Shown: positions 18,078-27,520, counted from the stretch's first letter. The stretch: 32,000 nt of DNA from Salsipaludibacter albus (GCF_019798055.1 NZ_JAHOPH010000006.1:133097-165096), one strand, 5' to 3'. The notes: generated from the letters alone by a model not told the origin. Numbers and translations: made by a program.

Positions 18078-18593
18078 TCAGGGCTCGCGGGTGGCCCAGC
18101 GTCCCCAGCCACCGGCGACCCCCACGACCAGTGCGACCAGGCCGACCAGCACGCCGGACAGCGGCACACCGACCGCATCGTCGATCCCGAGCGCGTGGTC
18201 GAGCGACCAGCGTCCCGGACCCGTCGTCGCGACGGCCCAGGCGACGACCACCAGGTAGCCGTTGAGCTCCCAGCCCTTGGACACGGACCAGAAGCCGTTC
18301 TCGGCGTTGTTGACCAGCGCCGCGGTCGTCATCGTCCCGATCATCGCGGCGGCCGACAGCGGCGTCAGCAGCCCGAGTGCGAGTCCGAGCCCCCCGGCCA
18401 GCTCGCTCGAGCCGGCCGCCACCGCGGCGACCCGCCCGTCACCGAAGCCCAGCGACCGGAACCACTTCGCCGTGCCGTCCAGGCCGCCACCCCCGAACCA
18501 GCCGAACAGCTTCTGCATGCCGTGCAGGGAGAAGGGGATCCCGACCAGCACGCGCAGCAGCAGGACTCCCGTGTCGATGGCAGCCTGGTCCAT
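18078..18593 (-). CDS. DoxX family membrane protein
   Basis: LLLRVLVGIPFSLHGMQKLFGWFGG...ELAGGLGLALGLLTPLSAAAMIGTM; start ATG 18593. Confidence 0.85.
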   Translation of the reverse strand: MDQAAIDTGVLLLRVLVGIPFSLHGMQKLFGWFGGGGLDGTAKWFRSLGFGDGRVAAVAAGSSELAGGLGLALGLLTPLSAAAMIGTMTTAALVNNAENGFWSVSKGWELNGYLVVVAWAVATTGPGRWSLDHALGIDDAVGVPLSGVLVGLVALVVGVAGGWGRWATREP

Positions 18594-18724
18594 GGTCGTG
18601 TCCTCGAGGGTCGTCGGTCCGGTCACCCGGACGGGTCCGGCGTCGACAACGGGCCGGTCCGCGATGGTCTTCCGTCCCGAGCACCTACCCTCCGCTGCGT
18701 CGCCCACCCGAGCCGGAGCACCTC

Positions 18725-19216
18725 GTGCCACCTGATCCCCGCGTGCTGGAGGCCCTGGACGCCGCCGGTGTGGCCCACACGGTGATGGACTGCGATCCGG
18801 ACCTCGCCGACACCGCCGAGTTCTGTGCGGCGTACGGCATCGATCCCGGTGCCTCGGCGAACGCCCTGCTGGTCGCGTCACGCAAGCCACCCGGCCACCA
18901 CGTGCTGTGCGTGGTGCTGGCGACCCATCGGTTGGACGCCAACGGCATCGTCCGCACGCGCATGGGCGTGAGGAAGGTGTCGTTCGCCCCGGCCGAGGAC
19001 ACCCGGGAGCTGACCGGCATGGAGATCGGCGGCGTCACCGTCGCGGGCCTGCCCGACGACCTCCCGGTGTGGGTCGACGCCGCCGTCGCCGCCGTGGACG
19101 AGGTGGTCGTCGGTGCCGGCACCCGGTCGGCCAAGATCCTGCTCGCCGGCGCGGACCTGGCCCGACTGCCCAACGTCGAGGTGGTCGACGGCCTCGCGAC
19201 CCCCCTCGAGGCCTGA
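18725..19216 (+). CDS. YbaK/EbsC (prolyl-tRNA deacylase-like) editing domain protein
   Basis: LLVASRKPPGHHVLCVVLATHRLDANGIVRTRMGVRKVSFAPAEDTRELTGMEIGGVTVAGLPDDLPVWVDAAV; GTG start at 18725 (internal GTG alternative a few codons on). Confidence 0.82.
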   Translation: MPPDPRVLEALDAAGVAHTVMDCDPDLADTAEFCAAYGIDPGASANALLVASRKPPGHHVLCVVLATHRLDANGIVRTRMGVRKVSFAPAEDTRELTGMEIGGVTVAGLPDDLPVWVDAAVAAVDEVVVGAGTRSAKILLAGADLARLPNVEVVDGLATPLEA

Positions 19217-19265
19217 CCTCGGCCGACGGACGCACCTCCCCCGGGCCTCGCGCGGCCCTCGACCC

Positions 19266-20225
19266 ATGACCATCGGTGCCGCGGTGCCCGCCTCCCGCTC
19301 GTCCTTCTCGCCCGGCGACGCCGGCCTGCTCGCCCTGCTGGCGCTGATGTGGGGCAACTCGTTCCTGTTCATCAAGTTCGCCGTCGCGACCATCCCGCCC
19401 GCGTGGATCGTGGCGGGGCGACTCACCGTCGGTGGCAGCCTGCTGGTCGTGATCGCCCTGGTGCGCCGCCGGTCCCTGCCACGGGCACCACGCGACGTCG
19501 CGACGCTGGCCGTCATCGGACTGGCCGGGGCGGCCCTACCCTGGGCGGGACAGGCCTGGGCGCAGCAGTTCCTGGACTCGGGACTGCTGGCCGTGCTCAA
19601 CGCGACGACGCCGGGGGCGACGCTGGTGATCGCGGTCGCCGTCGGCCAGGAGCGACTGCACCGACTCCGGGTCCTGGGCCTGCTCGTGGCCGCGGTGGGC
19701 TCGGTCGTCATCGTCGGGGGCGAGATCTCCCAGGGCGGACCGGTCGCCGCCCTGGTCGTCGCGGCCGTCGCCCCCTTCGCCTACGGCATCGGGACCGTCC
19801 TGACCCGGGCTCGCGTCTCCGGACGGATCGACCCACTGCCGGCCGCGGCGGTCCAGCTGTCCACGGCCGCCGTCGTCGCCACGGGCCTCTCCGTCGGGTT
19901 CGTGGGCCCTCCACCTCCGCCACTGTCGCTGGACCCCGTCGCGGCGGGATCGTTGGTGGCACTGGGAGTCGTCGGGACCGGACTCGCCTTCCTGCTCTAC
20001 TTCACGCTCATCCAGCGGGTGGGCGCCACCAATGCGTCCATGGTGACCTACCTGGTGCCGGTGGTCGGGCTCGTGGCGGGTGCGGTCGTGCGCGGCGAAC
20101 GCTTCGGGCCCAACGTCCTTCTGGGGGCCGCCATCCTGGTCGTGGGCGTGTGGCTCGCCCAGCGACGGCCGCCCGATGTCGACGGCGGTCGTCCCCCGAC
20201 CGCACGAACTATCCCCCCGTCGTGA
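19266..20225 (+). CDS. EamA/DMT family transporter
   Basis: ALLALMWGNSFLFIKFAV..., two EamA repeats, ~10 TM, GATLVIAVAVGQERLHRLRVLGLLVAAVGSVVIV. Confidence 0.88.
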   Translation: MTIGAAVPASRSSFSPGDAGLLALLALMWGNSFLFIKFAVATIPPAWIVAGRLTVGGSLLVVIALVRRRSLPRAPRDVATLAVIGLAGAALPWAGQAWAQQFLDSGLLAVLNATTPGATLVIAVAVGQERLHRLRVLGLLVAAVGSVVIVGGEISQGGPVAALVVAAVAPFAYGIGTVLTRARVSGRIDPLPAAAVQLSTAAVVATGLSVGFVGPPPPPLSLDPVAAGSLVALGVVGTGLAFLLYFTLIQRVGATNASMVTYLVPVVGLVAGAVVRGERFGPNVLLGAAILVVGVWLAQRRPPDVDGGRPPTARTIPPS

Positions 20226-20247
20226 CCCGGGCGTCCCCCACGTCGTC

Positions 20248-21015
20248 CTAGCGGGGTGCCATGCGGATGGCACCGTCGAGCCGGATGACCTCGCCGTTGA
20301 GCATCGGGTTGCCCACGATGCTGTCCACCAGGTCGGCGTACTCGGCGGGGTCGCCGAGCCGGGACGGGTGGGGCACCTGCGTGGCGAGCGAGGCCTGGGC
20401 CTCCTCCGGCAGGCCGGACAGCATCGGGGTGGCGAACAGGCCCGGGGCGATGGCCATGACCCGGATGTGCCACTGGGCGAGGTCACGGGCGAGCGGGAGG
20501 GTCATGCCCACCACGCCACCCTTGGAGGCCGAGTAGGCCGCCTGCCCCACCTGGCCGTCGTAGGCGGCCGCGGACGCCGTGTTGACGATCACGCCGCGTT
20601 CCTCGCCCTCGGGCTCGTGACGGGCCATCTCGGCCGCGGCGAGTCGCACGACGTTGAACGTCCCGACGAGGTTGATCTCCACGACCCGGCGGAACCCGTC
20701 CAGGGGGGTGGGCCCGCCGTCGCGCGACAGGACCCGCGCCGGGGTCCCGACGCCGGCGCAGTTGACGGCGACCGCGAGCCGCCCGAGGCTGCCGGCCGTC
20801 GCGACGGCCTCCGCCGCCTCGTGCGCGTCGGTCACGTCGGCGGGCGCGAAGGTGACCCCGTCGCCCAGCTCGCCCGCGACCTGCGCGCCGTCGGACGACG
20901 CCAGGTCGACGATCACGACGTGGGCACCGGTCCGGGCCAGCCGGGCGGCCGTGGCCCGCCCCAGCCCGGAGGCTCCGCCGGTGACGAGGGCGACATGGTC
21001 GGTGGTCAACTGCAT
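20248..21015 (-). CDS. SDR family oxidoreductase (3-hydroxyacyl-CoA dehydrogenase type II-like)
   Basis: [72 protein letters not shown]. Confidence 0.92.
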   Translation of the reverse strand: MQLTTDHVALVTGGASGLGRATAARLARTGAHVVIVDLASSDGAQVAGELGDGVTFAPADVTDAHEAAEAVATAGSLGRLAVAVNCAGVGTPARVLSRDGGPTPLDGFRRVVEINLVGTFNVVRLAAAEMARHEPEGEERGVIVNTASAAAYDGQVGQAAYSASKGGVVGMTLPLARDLAQWHIRVMAIAPGLFATPMLSGLPEEAQASLATQVPHPSRLGDPAEYADLVDSIVGNPMLNGEVIRLDGAIRMAPR

Positions 21016-21105
21016 CCTGGACTCCCGTTCGGGATGGCACGCACGGACCCGTGCCCGGGCCCGTGGGACGACGCCGGCCGCATCGCTGTGCGATGCGGCC
21101 GGACG

Positions 21106-21182
21106 TGGTGGAGGTGATCGGACTTGAACCGACGGCCCCTTCGTTGCGAACGAAGTGCTCTACCAGGCTGAGCTACACCCCC
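21106..21182 (-). tRNA. tRNA-Ala (anticodon CGC), CCA encoded
   Basis: Reverse complement GGGGGTG TA GCTC AGCCTGGTA GAGC A CTTCG TTCGCAA CGAAG GGGCC GTCGG TTCAAGT CCGAT CACCTCC A CCA folds as a full cloverleaf; loop anticodon positions read CGC. Confidence 0.93.
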
Positions 21183-21289
21183 GGGAGAACTCGACCCCGC
21201 CGATCGCGGGGTGGTCTGCCCGCCTCGGGCGACGGGCCGGCTCATGGTAACCACCGCCCCGGTGGCCCGCCAACGACGGCCGGGTGCCG

Positions 21290-21934
21290 TCAGAGGACCT
21301 CGACGGCGGATCGACGGGCGCCCACGGGCTGCGGCGCGGCGTCGTGCACGGGCGTGTCGGCCGCGGCCGTGCGCGGTCGACCGCCGGGGAAGTGGCGCTC
21401 GTCGGCCATGCCCTCGACCAGCCGTGGCAACGACTCGTAGAGGTGCGGCTGGTCACGGCCGACGAACGCCCGTGCGTCCGTGCGGATCGAGCGGATCACC
21501 GCCTTGGCGCGATCGGCCTCGAGCTTGCGGTGGCGCAGCACGATGACGTAGCCACCGGTCGCGATGGTGGCGACGACGAAGATGGTCCAGAAGACGCCAC
21601 CCCAGGCGATGGCCGCACCCGCACTGGCGAGGACGGCGACCAGCGAGCCCACGAACAGCCGTCGCATCGTGGCCAGCGAGTCGTCGGCGGCGCGCACCGC
21701 ACGGGCGGCAGCGGCCCGGCCGATCGATGCGGCGGAGCGCCGGTCGTGGTGGGACGCGGCCGAGGAAGTGGTCATGGGATGCTCGCTGTCGCGTTGGAGG
21801 ACGGCCATGGCACGCTCGAACCCGGCGGCGGAGCCATGCACCGAGGCGTGCCGACCGCGGACCGCCAAGGGGAACACCAGGGCCAGCCACGCACCGGCGA
21901 GGCCGGTCAGGAACATGATCTGGATCGGGCTCAT
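21290..21934 (-). CDS. sepX: Divisome protein SepX/GlpR-like membrane protein
   Basis: MSPIQIMFLTGLAGAWLALVFPLAVRGRHA...GFERAMAVLQRDSE resembles GAWxxYLVPxWLRR...RFSxAxRxL of SepX/GlpR; two TM segments mid-protein; conserved position next to moaC/moeA/galU. Start set at ATG 21934. Confidence 0.7.
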   Translation of the reverse strand: MSPIQIMFLTGLAGAWLALVFPLAVRGRHASVHGSAAGFERAMAVLQRDSEHPMTTSSAASHHDRRSAASIGRAAAARAVRAADDSLATMRRLFVGSLVAVLASAGAAIAWGGVFWTIFVVATIATGGYVIVLRHRKLEADRAKAVIRSIRTDARAFVGRDQPHLYESLPRLVEGMADERHFPGGRPRTAAADTPVHDAAPQPVGARRSAVEVL

Positions 21935-22268
21935 GCAGTCATCCGTTGCCGTGGGGGAGGCGCCACGTGCCTCGACGAACGACGCCGGTCGGCCCGCAGC
22001 AACTGCATCACACCCATGGAATTCCACCGGTCGGCTTCGACGAATCTAACTGGTCCCGCCGGTCGGCGAAAGGATCCGCCCCCGGCCGAGGAACCCACCG
22101 TGCGTGTTCGGCCTCGTGGAAGTGTGGTGGACCGCACCTCGCGGCGGGCCCGGGACCCCGACCGTCCGACCACCGGCCGCCGGCCGTCGTCCGTCACTGC
22201 CGTGGCCCCTGTGGCCCACTGTGGCTGGATGCACCCCACGGGAGGTGGGGCACGACGCGACGTCCGGG

Positions 22269-22790
22269 TCAGTCGAGGTCCGCGGCCCGCCAGTCACCGG
22301 AGCGTCCGCCCGACTTGGCGAGGAGGCGTACCGACACCACCTCGACGTCGCGCTGGACGGCCTTGACGAGGTCGTAGAGTGCCAGCGCACCGACCGAGGC
22401 GCCCGTCATGGCCTCCATCTCGACGCCGGTCCGGTCCAGGGCGTGGGCCGTGCAGGTGATGGTGGCCGTCCCGGTGGCGACGTCCACGGAGACGTCCACC
22501 TCGATGGACGTGACCGCGACCTGGTGACACAGCGGGACCAGGGTCGGCGTGAACTTGGCCGCCTGGATCGCGGCGAGCCGCACCACCGGCAGCGCGTCCC
22601 CCTTGGGCAGGTCACCGTCGGCCAGCCGGCGGGCCGTTTCCGGCGTCATCGCCACCCGGGCCCGGGCGACGGCCCGTCGGCGGGTGATCGGCTTGTCGCC
22701 GACGTCGACCATGCGTGCGTTGCCTGCCTCGTCCAGGTGGGTCAGCTCGTCACCGGGTGCGCGGTCACCCGAACGGTCCGGGCCGGTCAC
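22269..22790 (-). CDS. moaC: Cyclic pyranopterin monophosphate synthase
   Basis: LTHLDEAGNARMVDVGDKPITRRRAVA, KGDALPVVRLAAIQAAKFTPTLVPLCHQV, DRTGVEMEAMTGASVGALALYDLVKA; GTG start at 22790. Confidence 0.95.
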   Translation of the reverse strand: MTGPDRSGDRAPGDELTHLDEAGNARMVDVGDKPITRRRAVARARVAMTPETARRLADGDLPKGDALPVVRLAAIQAAKFTPTLVPLCHQVAVTSIEVDVSVDVATGTATITCTAHALDRTGVEMEAMTGASVGALALYDLVKAVQRDVEVVSVRLLAKSGGRSGDWRAADLD

Positions 22791-24049
22791 GAGACCAGCA
22801 GCTGGACGACGACCTGTCGGCCGGGGTCCAGTCGGGTCACGTCGACCGGGATCTCGGCCAGCGCGTCGGCCCGTGACAGCGCCCCGAGCATGTGCGAGCC
22901 CTGTCCCCCGGCCGGCCGCGCATGCCACGCCCCGTCGACCTGGCGCAGGCGCACCCGCAGGTAGGAGCGCTTCCCGGCCGGTGAGGTGACCGCCTCGTCG
23001 AGCGTGGCGGTCGTCCGGGGACGCAGGAGGTCCGTGCGACCCTGGAGGATGCGCAGCGCCGGTCGAACCAGGACCTCGAACGACACGAACGTCGACACCG
23101 GGTTGCCCGGCAGGGCGACGATCGGGGTCCCGTCGATCCGCCCGAGCGCCTGGGGCATGCCGGGCTGCATCGCCAGCTTCGTGCGCCGCACCTCTCCCAG
23201 CCGGCCGATGGCCGTGGCCACGTGGTCGGCCGCACCGGCGGACACGCCCCCCGACAGCACGACCATGTCCGCGTCGGAAGCCTGCTCGCGGAGCACGCGC
23301 ACCAGGTCCTCGACGGTGTCGCGCACCGGGCCGGCAAAGGTCGCCACGCAGCCCAGCTCGGTCACGACCGCGGCCAGCATCGGACCGTTGGAGTCCCGGA
23401 TCTGGCCCGGCTCGAGGTCACGACCGGCGGGGACGAGCTCGTTGCCGGTCGTCACCACCGACACCCGTGGCCGGGCCGCGACCACCACCTCGTCGACGCC
23501 GGTGGACAGCAGCAGGCCCACGTCCCGGGCGGTCAGCCGATGGCGGGCCGGCAGCAACCGGGTGCCACGAGCCAGCTCCTCGCCGGCGGCACGGACGTTC
23601 TCGCGTGGGGAGGGTGACGCGTGGAAGGCGACCCCCTCGGCGTGGCTGCTGGTCAGCTCCACCGGCACGACGGCATCGGCGCCCGGTGGGACCGGGGCCC
23701 CGGTCATCACCGCGACCGCCGTGCCCGGCGTGACCGTGGGCCGCGACCCGACTGGGCCGGCATGCACCGCTCCCCCGTCGGTCAGCACCACCGGGTCGTC
23801 ACCGGACGCGTCCTCGAGGTCGTCGGCGACGACGGCCCAGCCGTCCATGGCCGAGTTCGTGAAGGGCGGCAGCGGCTCGGCCGCGTCGACCGGCCGGACC
23901 AGCACGAGACCGGCGGCCTCGGCCGTGGGCACCGTCGTGCGGCGCGGCGGGGCCAGCGCGCGGACGATCTCGGCGACCCAGTCGTCGACCGGGGTCAGCT
24001 CGTGGGGGTCGGTGACCGTCGTGCGACCGTGTCCGACGAAGTTGGTCAT
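22787..24049 (-). CDS. moeA: Molybdopterin molybdotransferase (gephyrin-like, Glp/MoeA)
   Basis: LPPFTNSAMDGWAVVADD, GAVAVMTGAPVPPGADAVVPVE-like stretch, VVTTGNELVPAG, DMVVLSGGVSAGAADHV, ALPGNPVSTFVSFEVLVRP; stop overlaps moaC start by 4 bp. Confidence 0.93.
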   Translation of the reverse strand: MTNFVGHGRTTVTDPHELTPVDDWVAEIVRALAPPRRTTVPTAEAAGLVLVRPVDAAEPLPPFTNSAMDGWAVVADDLEDASGDDPVVLTDGGAVHAGPVGSRPTVTPGTAVAVMTGAPVPPGADAVVPVELTSSHAEGVAFHASPSPRENVRAAGEELARGTRLLPARHRLTARDVGLLLSTGVDEVVVAARPRVSVVTTGNELVPAGRDLEPGQIRDSNGPMLAAVVTELGCVATFAGPVRDTVEDLVRVLREQASDADMVVLSGGVSAGAADHVATAIGRLGEVRRTKLAMQPGMPQALGRIDGTPIVALPGNPVSTFVSFEVLVRPALRILQGRTDLLRPRTTATLDEAVTSPAGKRSYLRVRLRQVDGAWHARPAGGQGSHMLGALSRADALAEIPVDVTRLDPGRQVVVQLLVS

Positions 24050-24090
24050 GATGGCTCCCGGGTGGCCGGATCTGCGGTGTTGATCGACGC

Positions 24091-24969
24091 TCAGGACAGG
24101 CGGGTCGCGACCAGGTCACGGAGGTGGTCCGCCAACTGCGGCCCGAGGTCGTCCCGGCGGAGTGCGAAGTCGATGGTGGCCGCCAGGAAGCCGAACTTGT
24201 CGCCGGCGTCGTGGCGGATCCCGTCGAGCTGGATGCCCACGATGGGCTCGTCGGCGGCCAGGGTCTCCAGCGCATCGGTCAGCTGGATCTCGCCCCCGGC
24301 ACCACGACCGGTGCGGTCCAGCACGTCGAAGATCCCCGACGGCAGCACGTAGCGCCCGATCACGGCGAGGTCGGACGGCGCGTCCGCCGGGTCGGGCTTC
24401 TCGACCAGCCCGGTGACCGGCAGGCGTCCGTCGTCGTCGGGCTCACCGACCGAGGCGATGCCGTACTTGTCGACGTCGGCCTCGTCGACCTGCATCAGCG
24501 CGACCACGGCACGCCCAGTGGCATCGTGTGCGGCGATCATCCGCTCGAGCAGGTCGTCGTCGGGGTCGACGATGTCGTCCCCCAGCAGGACGGCGAAGGA
24601 CTCGTCGCCGACGTGGTGGCGGGCCTGGAGCACGGCATGGCCGAGCCCCAGCTGCTCGCCCTGCCGCACGGCATGGACCCGGGCGAGGTCGGCGAGGTCG
24701 CGCACGGTGGACAACAGGTCGTCCTTGCCCTTGGCCTCCAGCGCGGCCTCGAGCTCGAGTGCTCGGTCGAAGTGGTCCTCGATCGCGGACTTGCCCGCCG
24801 AGGTGACCAGCAGGACGTCGTCGAGCCCGGCCCGAGCACACTCGTCGACGATGTACTCGATGGTGGGTCGGTCCACGATCGGGAGCAGTTCCTTGGGAAC
24901 GGCCTTGGTGGCCGGGAGGAAGCGCGTCCCGTAGCCGGCAGCGGGGATCACGGCCTTGCGCACGGTCAT
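24091..24969 (-). CDS. galU: UTP--glucose-1-phosphate uridylyltransferase
   Basis: MTVRKAVIPAAGYGTRFLPATKAVPKELLPIVDRPTIEYIVDECARAG, GLGHAVLQARHHVGDESFAVLLGDDI, VEKP, GGEIQLTDAL. Confidence 0.95.
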   Translation of the reverse strand: MTVRKAVIPAAGYGTRFLPATKAVPKELLPIVDRPTIEYIVDECARAGLDDVLLVTSAGKSAIEDHFDRALELEAALEAKGKDDLLSTVRDLADLARVHAVRQGEQLGLGHAVLQARHHVGDESFAVLLGDDIVDPDDDLLERMIAAHDATGRAVVALMQVDEADVDKYGIASVGEPDDDGRLPVTGLVEKPDPADAPSDLAVIGRYVLPSGIFDVLDRTGRGAGGEIQLTDALETLAADEPIVGIQLDGIRHDAGDKFGFLAATIDFALRRDDLGPQLADHLRDLVATRLS

Positions 24970-25097
24970 CGGGGAGTCCTTGGTCGAGGTGTCCGTATGG
25001 AACGGTGGGGGTCGGTCGGTTCGCCGTCGGGGCCCGTGCCAGCCTACTTTGTGCACACGTCGCCACCGGCGACCGGGACGCGAGGGGAGGCCACGGG

Positions 25098-25667
25098 ATG
25101 GGTGGTCCGGGGCCGGCCAAGGACGACCTGCGTGACGCGGTGCTGCGCATGCGGCGTCCCCTCGACCCCCGGGTGCTGCGTGCCGCGTCCGATCGTGCCG
25201 TCGAACACCTCGCCGGGCTCGTGGCCGTCCAGCGCGCCCAGGTCGTGGCGCTGCACGTTCCCGATGACGGCGACCTCGACTCCCGGGGCCTGGCGCCGAT
25301 GCTGTCCGAGCGTGGGACCCGGGTCCTGCTGGTCGAGGCGAACGACCAGCGCGTCGAGGTCGTCGCGAGCGGTCGGGCCCAGCTGGTGCGCGACGACGGC
25401 CCGGCACAGACGCTCGACGACGTCGACGTGGTCGTGGTGCCCGGCGTGGCCTTCGACCTCGAGGGTGGCCGGCTGGGACCTGCGGCGGACCCCTGGGACA
25501 CCGTGCTCGACCGGGTGCCGTCCGACGCGGTGCGGATCGGGCTGGCCACCACGGCCCAGCTGGTCCCGCGCGTGCCGCGGGACGACAACGACCGCCCGGT
25601 CGACGTGGTGGTCACCGACCGCGGGGTGCACCACACCGGCGCACGACGTCACCCCCGGGACGCCTGA
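25098..25667 (+). CDS. 5-formyltetrahydrofolate cyclo-ligase family protein, with degenerate glycine-rich motif
   Basis: DLRDAVLRMRRPLDP..., DVDVVVVPGVAFDLEGGRLGPAADPWDTVLDRVPSDAVRIGLATTAQLVPRVPRDDNDRPVDVVVTDRGV; position divergent to galU; GGGGAGG ribosome-binding site upstream. Confidence 0.75.
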   Translation: MGGPGPAKDDLRDAVLRMRRPLDPRVLRAASDRAVEHLAGLVAVQRAQVVALHVPDDGDLDSRGLAPMLSERGTRVLLVEANDQRVEVVASGRAQLVRDDGPAQTLDDVDVVVVPGVAFDLEGGRLGPAADPWDTVLDRVPSDAVRIGLATTAQLVPRVPRDDNDRPVDVVVTDRGVHHTGARRHPRDA

Positions 25668-25754
25668 CGCCCGCCACCGGGGGCGGGACACCGGCGCGAC
25701 ACGACGACGGGGCCGACACCGTCTCGGTGCCGGCCCCGCTGGTGGTCGTCTGGC

Positions 25755-26633
25755 TCAGAAGCGGACGTTGCGGAGGTACTCGAACGCCGTCTCGGCGAAC
25801 TCGATCTGGTCCGCAGGCTGGTCGTTCTCGGCGATGTACTCGATCACGCCGGACTCCTGGCGCGCGGCGAAGATCCGCGGGAAGTCGATCGTGCCCTCGC
25901 CCGGGTCGGCGAAGAAGCCACTCTCGTCCCGGTCCTTGACGTGGAACTGCAGGAAGCGGCCCGGGTCACGGCTGAAGACCTCGACCGGGTCTGCACCCCC
26001 CGTGACGACCCAGTACAGGTCCGCCTGCATGTGGCCGGTGAACTCCTCCAACAGCACGTCGTAGGCCTGGACACCGTCCTCCTCGACCTGGAACTCCGTC
26101 GCGTGGTTGTGGTAGCCGTACTTGACCCCGGCGTCGGTCATGGCCGCGGCGACCGGGTTGAGCACGTCCACGGCGAGGGCGCGCCACTCGTCGAGGGTGC
26201 CGTAGCTGGCGAAGGGGAAGTTGGTGTAGGTGGAGCCCATGGCCAGGGCGGCCTCGACCACGGCCTGCGGGTTCCGGCCACCGTTGTGGAGGCTGGTCGC
26301 GGTCAGCCCCGCGTCGTCCAGGACGCTGCGGAAGCCCTCCCAGCCCAGGCCGTGGTTGCTGTAGGGCTCGACCTTGCGGTAGCCGATGTCGAACAGGGTC
26401 TCCATGACGGCGGCGACGCCGGCGGCGTTCCCGTTCGGGATGATGCCACGCAGGCTGTACAGCTGGATCGAGATGTTGCCGCGCGGGACCGGTCGCCTGC
26501 CGGTCGGGCCCCTGCCACTGCCGGGTGCGGCGCTGGCGAGGGTGGCGTTGCCGGCCGCGGTCAGGCCCAGTGCGGCGATGGTGGCGTTGCGCAGGAACCG
26601 GCGTCGGTTCATGTTCGTGGCTGAGTGCTCCAT
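25755..26633 (-). CDS. TAT-exported sugar phosphate isomerase/epimerase-like protein (xylose isomerase-like TIM barrel)
   Basis: MNRRRFLRNATIAALGLTAAG twin-arginine signal; ISIQLYSLRGII..., YHNHATEF, QADLYWVVTGGADPVEVFSRDPGRFLQFHVKDRD; alternative start ATG at 26612. Confidence 0.87.
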   Translation of the reverse strand: MEHSATNMNRRRFLRNATIAALGLTAAGNATLASAAPGSGRGPTGRRPVPRGNISIQLYSLRGIIPNGNAAGVAAVMETLFDIGYRKVEPYSNHGLGWEGFRSVLDDAGLTATSLHNGGRNPQAVVEAALAMGSTYTNFPFASYGTLDEWRALAVDVLNPVAAAMTDAGVKYGYHNHATEFQVEEDGVQAYDVLLEEFTGHMQADLYWVVTGGADPVEVFSRDPGRFLQFHVKDRDESGFFADPGEGTIDFPRIFAARQESGVIEYIAENDQPADQIEFAETAFEYLRNVRF

Positions 26634-27169
26634 GGTGTCGATCTCTCCTCGGCTGAGAACGGAACGGTTCCTCCCGCCCCGAAGCCACGTCGGCCGACGT
26701 GGCGACGCACCGCACGCGCGGGTGCCGAGTCTCGGTCGGATCTGCACGGGCCGGGCCGTGACGGGGGAGTCCGCGTTCGCGTGGTCGTCGTCCACGATCG
26801 TAGGGCGGTCGTCCGCCTTCGGTCAATGAACGAACGGAAGTGTGCGCCGACCGAAACGTATGTGCGCGGAAACGAGGTCGTGCCACCCCATCCCGTGTCG
26901 ACCGGTGCACCATCCGCCCCCCTCGCACGGTGCGGGCGGCGATCCTCCAGGACACCGCGCAGGTTCGTCGCGCCTGGTCCACGCAGCCGCCTTGGTGGCC
27001 GGTTCGCCCGTGCGATATCGTTTCGACGTCCTGCCGTGCTCGTCGAGAATCCGGCTCGAGGCGACCCTCGGCCCCGCTCGACACCCGTCCGCTGGCGGCG
27101 CCGCGCTCGCGGCCACCAGCCGTGCACCGTGCCAGGAGCACCTGTCCGAGCGCCATCGGAGGCCCGTCC

Positions 27170-27520
27170 ATGCCCACCTACGAGTACGCCTGCAAGGACT
27201 GCGGCGAGCACCTCGACGTGGTCCAGTCGTTCCACGACGACCCGTTGACGGACTGCCCGAACTGCGGTGGCTCCCTGCGGAAGGTGTTCTCCGCGGCCGG
27301 GATCATCTTCAAGGGCTCGGGCTGGCACGTGAAGGACTACGCCAACACCGGCTCCGGATCGTCGGGCAACGGCTCCTCGACGGGAGGCTCGTCCTCCGAC
27401 GGGGACACGACCACGTCGGAGACGTCCACCTCGTCGTCGGACTCCTCGTCGAAGAAGGAGTCCGGGACGTCGTCCGGGTCCTCGACGTCCGACTCGGGCA
27501 GCAAGGCCGACTCGGACTGA
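27170..27520 (+). CDS. FmdB-family zinc-ribbon protein (Rv0991c/Ruc-like) with long Ser/Gly/Thr/Asp-rich tail
   Basis: MPTYEYACKDCGEHLDVVQSFHDDPLTDCPNCGGSLRKVFSAAGIIFKGSGWHVKDY then disordered tail. Confidence 0.88.
   Translation: MPTYEYACKDCGEHLDVVQSFHDDPLTDCPNCGGSLRKVFSAAGIIFKGSGWHVKDYANTGSGSSGNGSSTGGSSSDGDTTTSETSTSSSDSSSKKESGTSSGSSTSDSGSKADSD

Noticed and set aside
21106-21182. tRNA gene as an integration site for a mobile element
   Set aside because: No integrase, no direct repeat of the tRNA 3' end, and both flanks carry ordinary chromosomal genes.
22046-22390. 114-aa minus-strand ORF as a candidate protein in the rimJ gap
   Set aside because: No recognisable motif, Ser/Arg/Thr/Gly-rich shadow composition, and it overlaps moaC.
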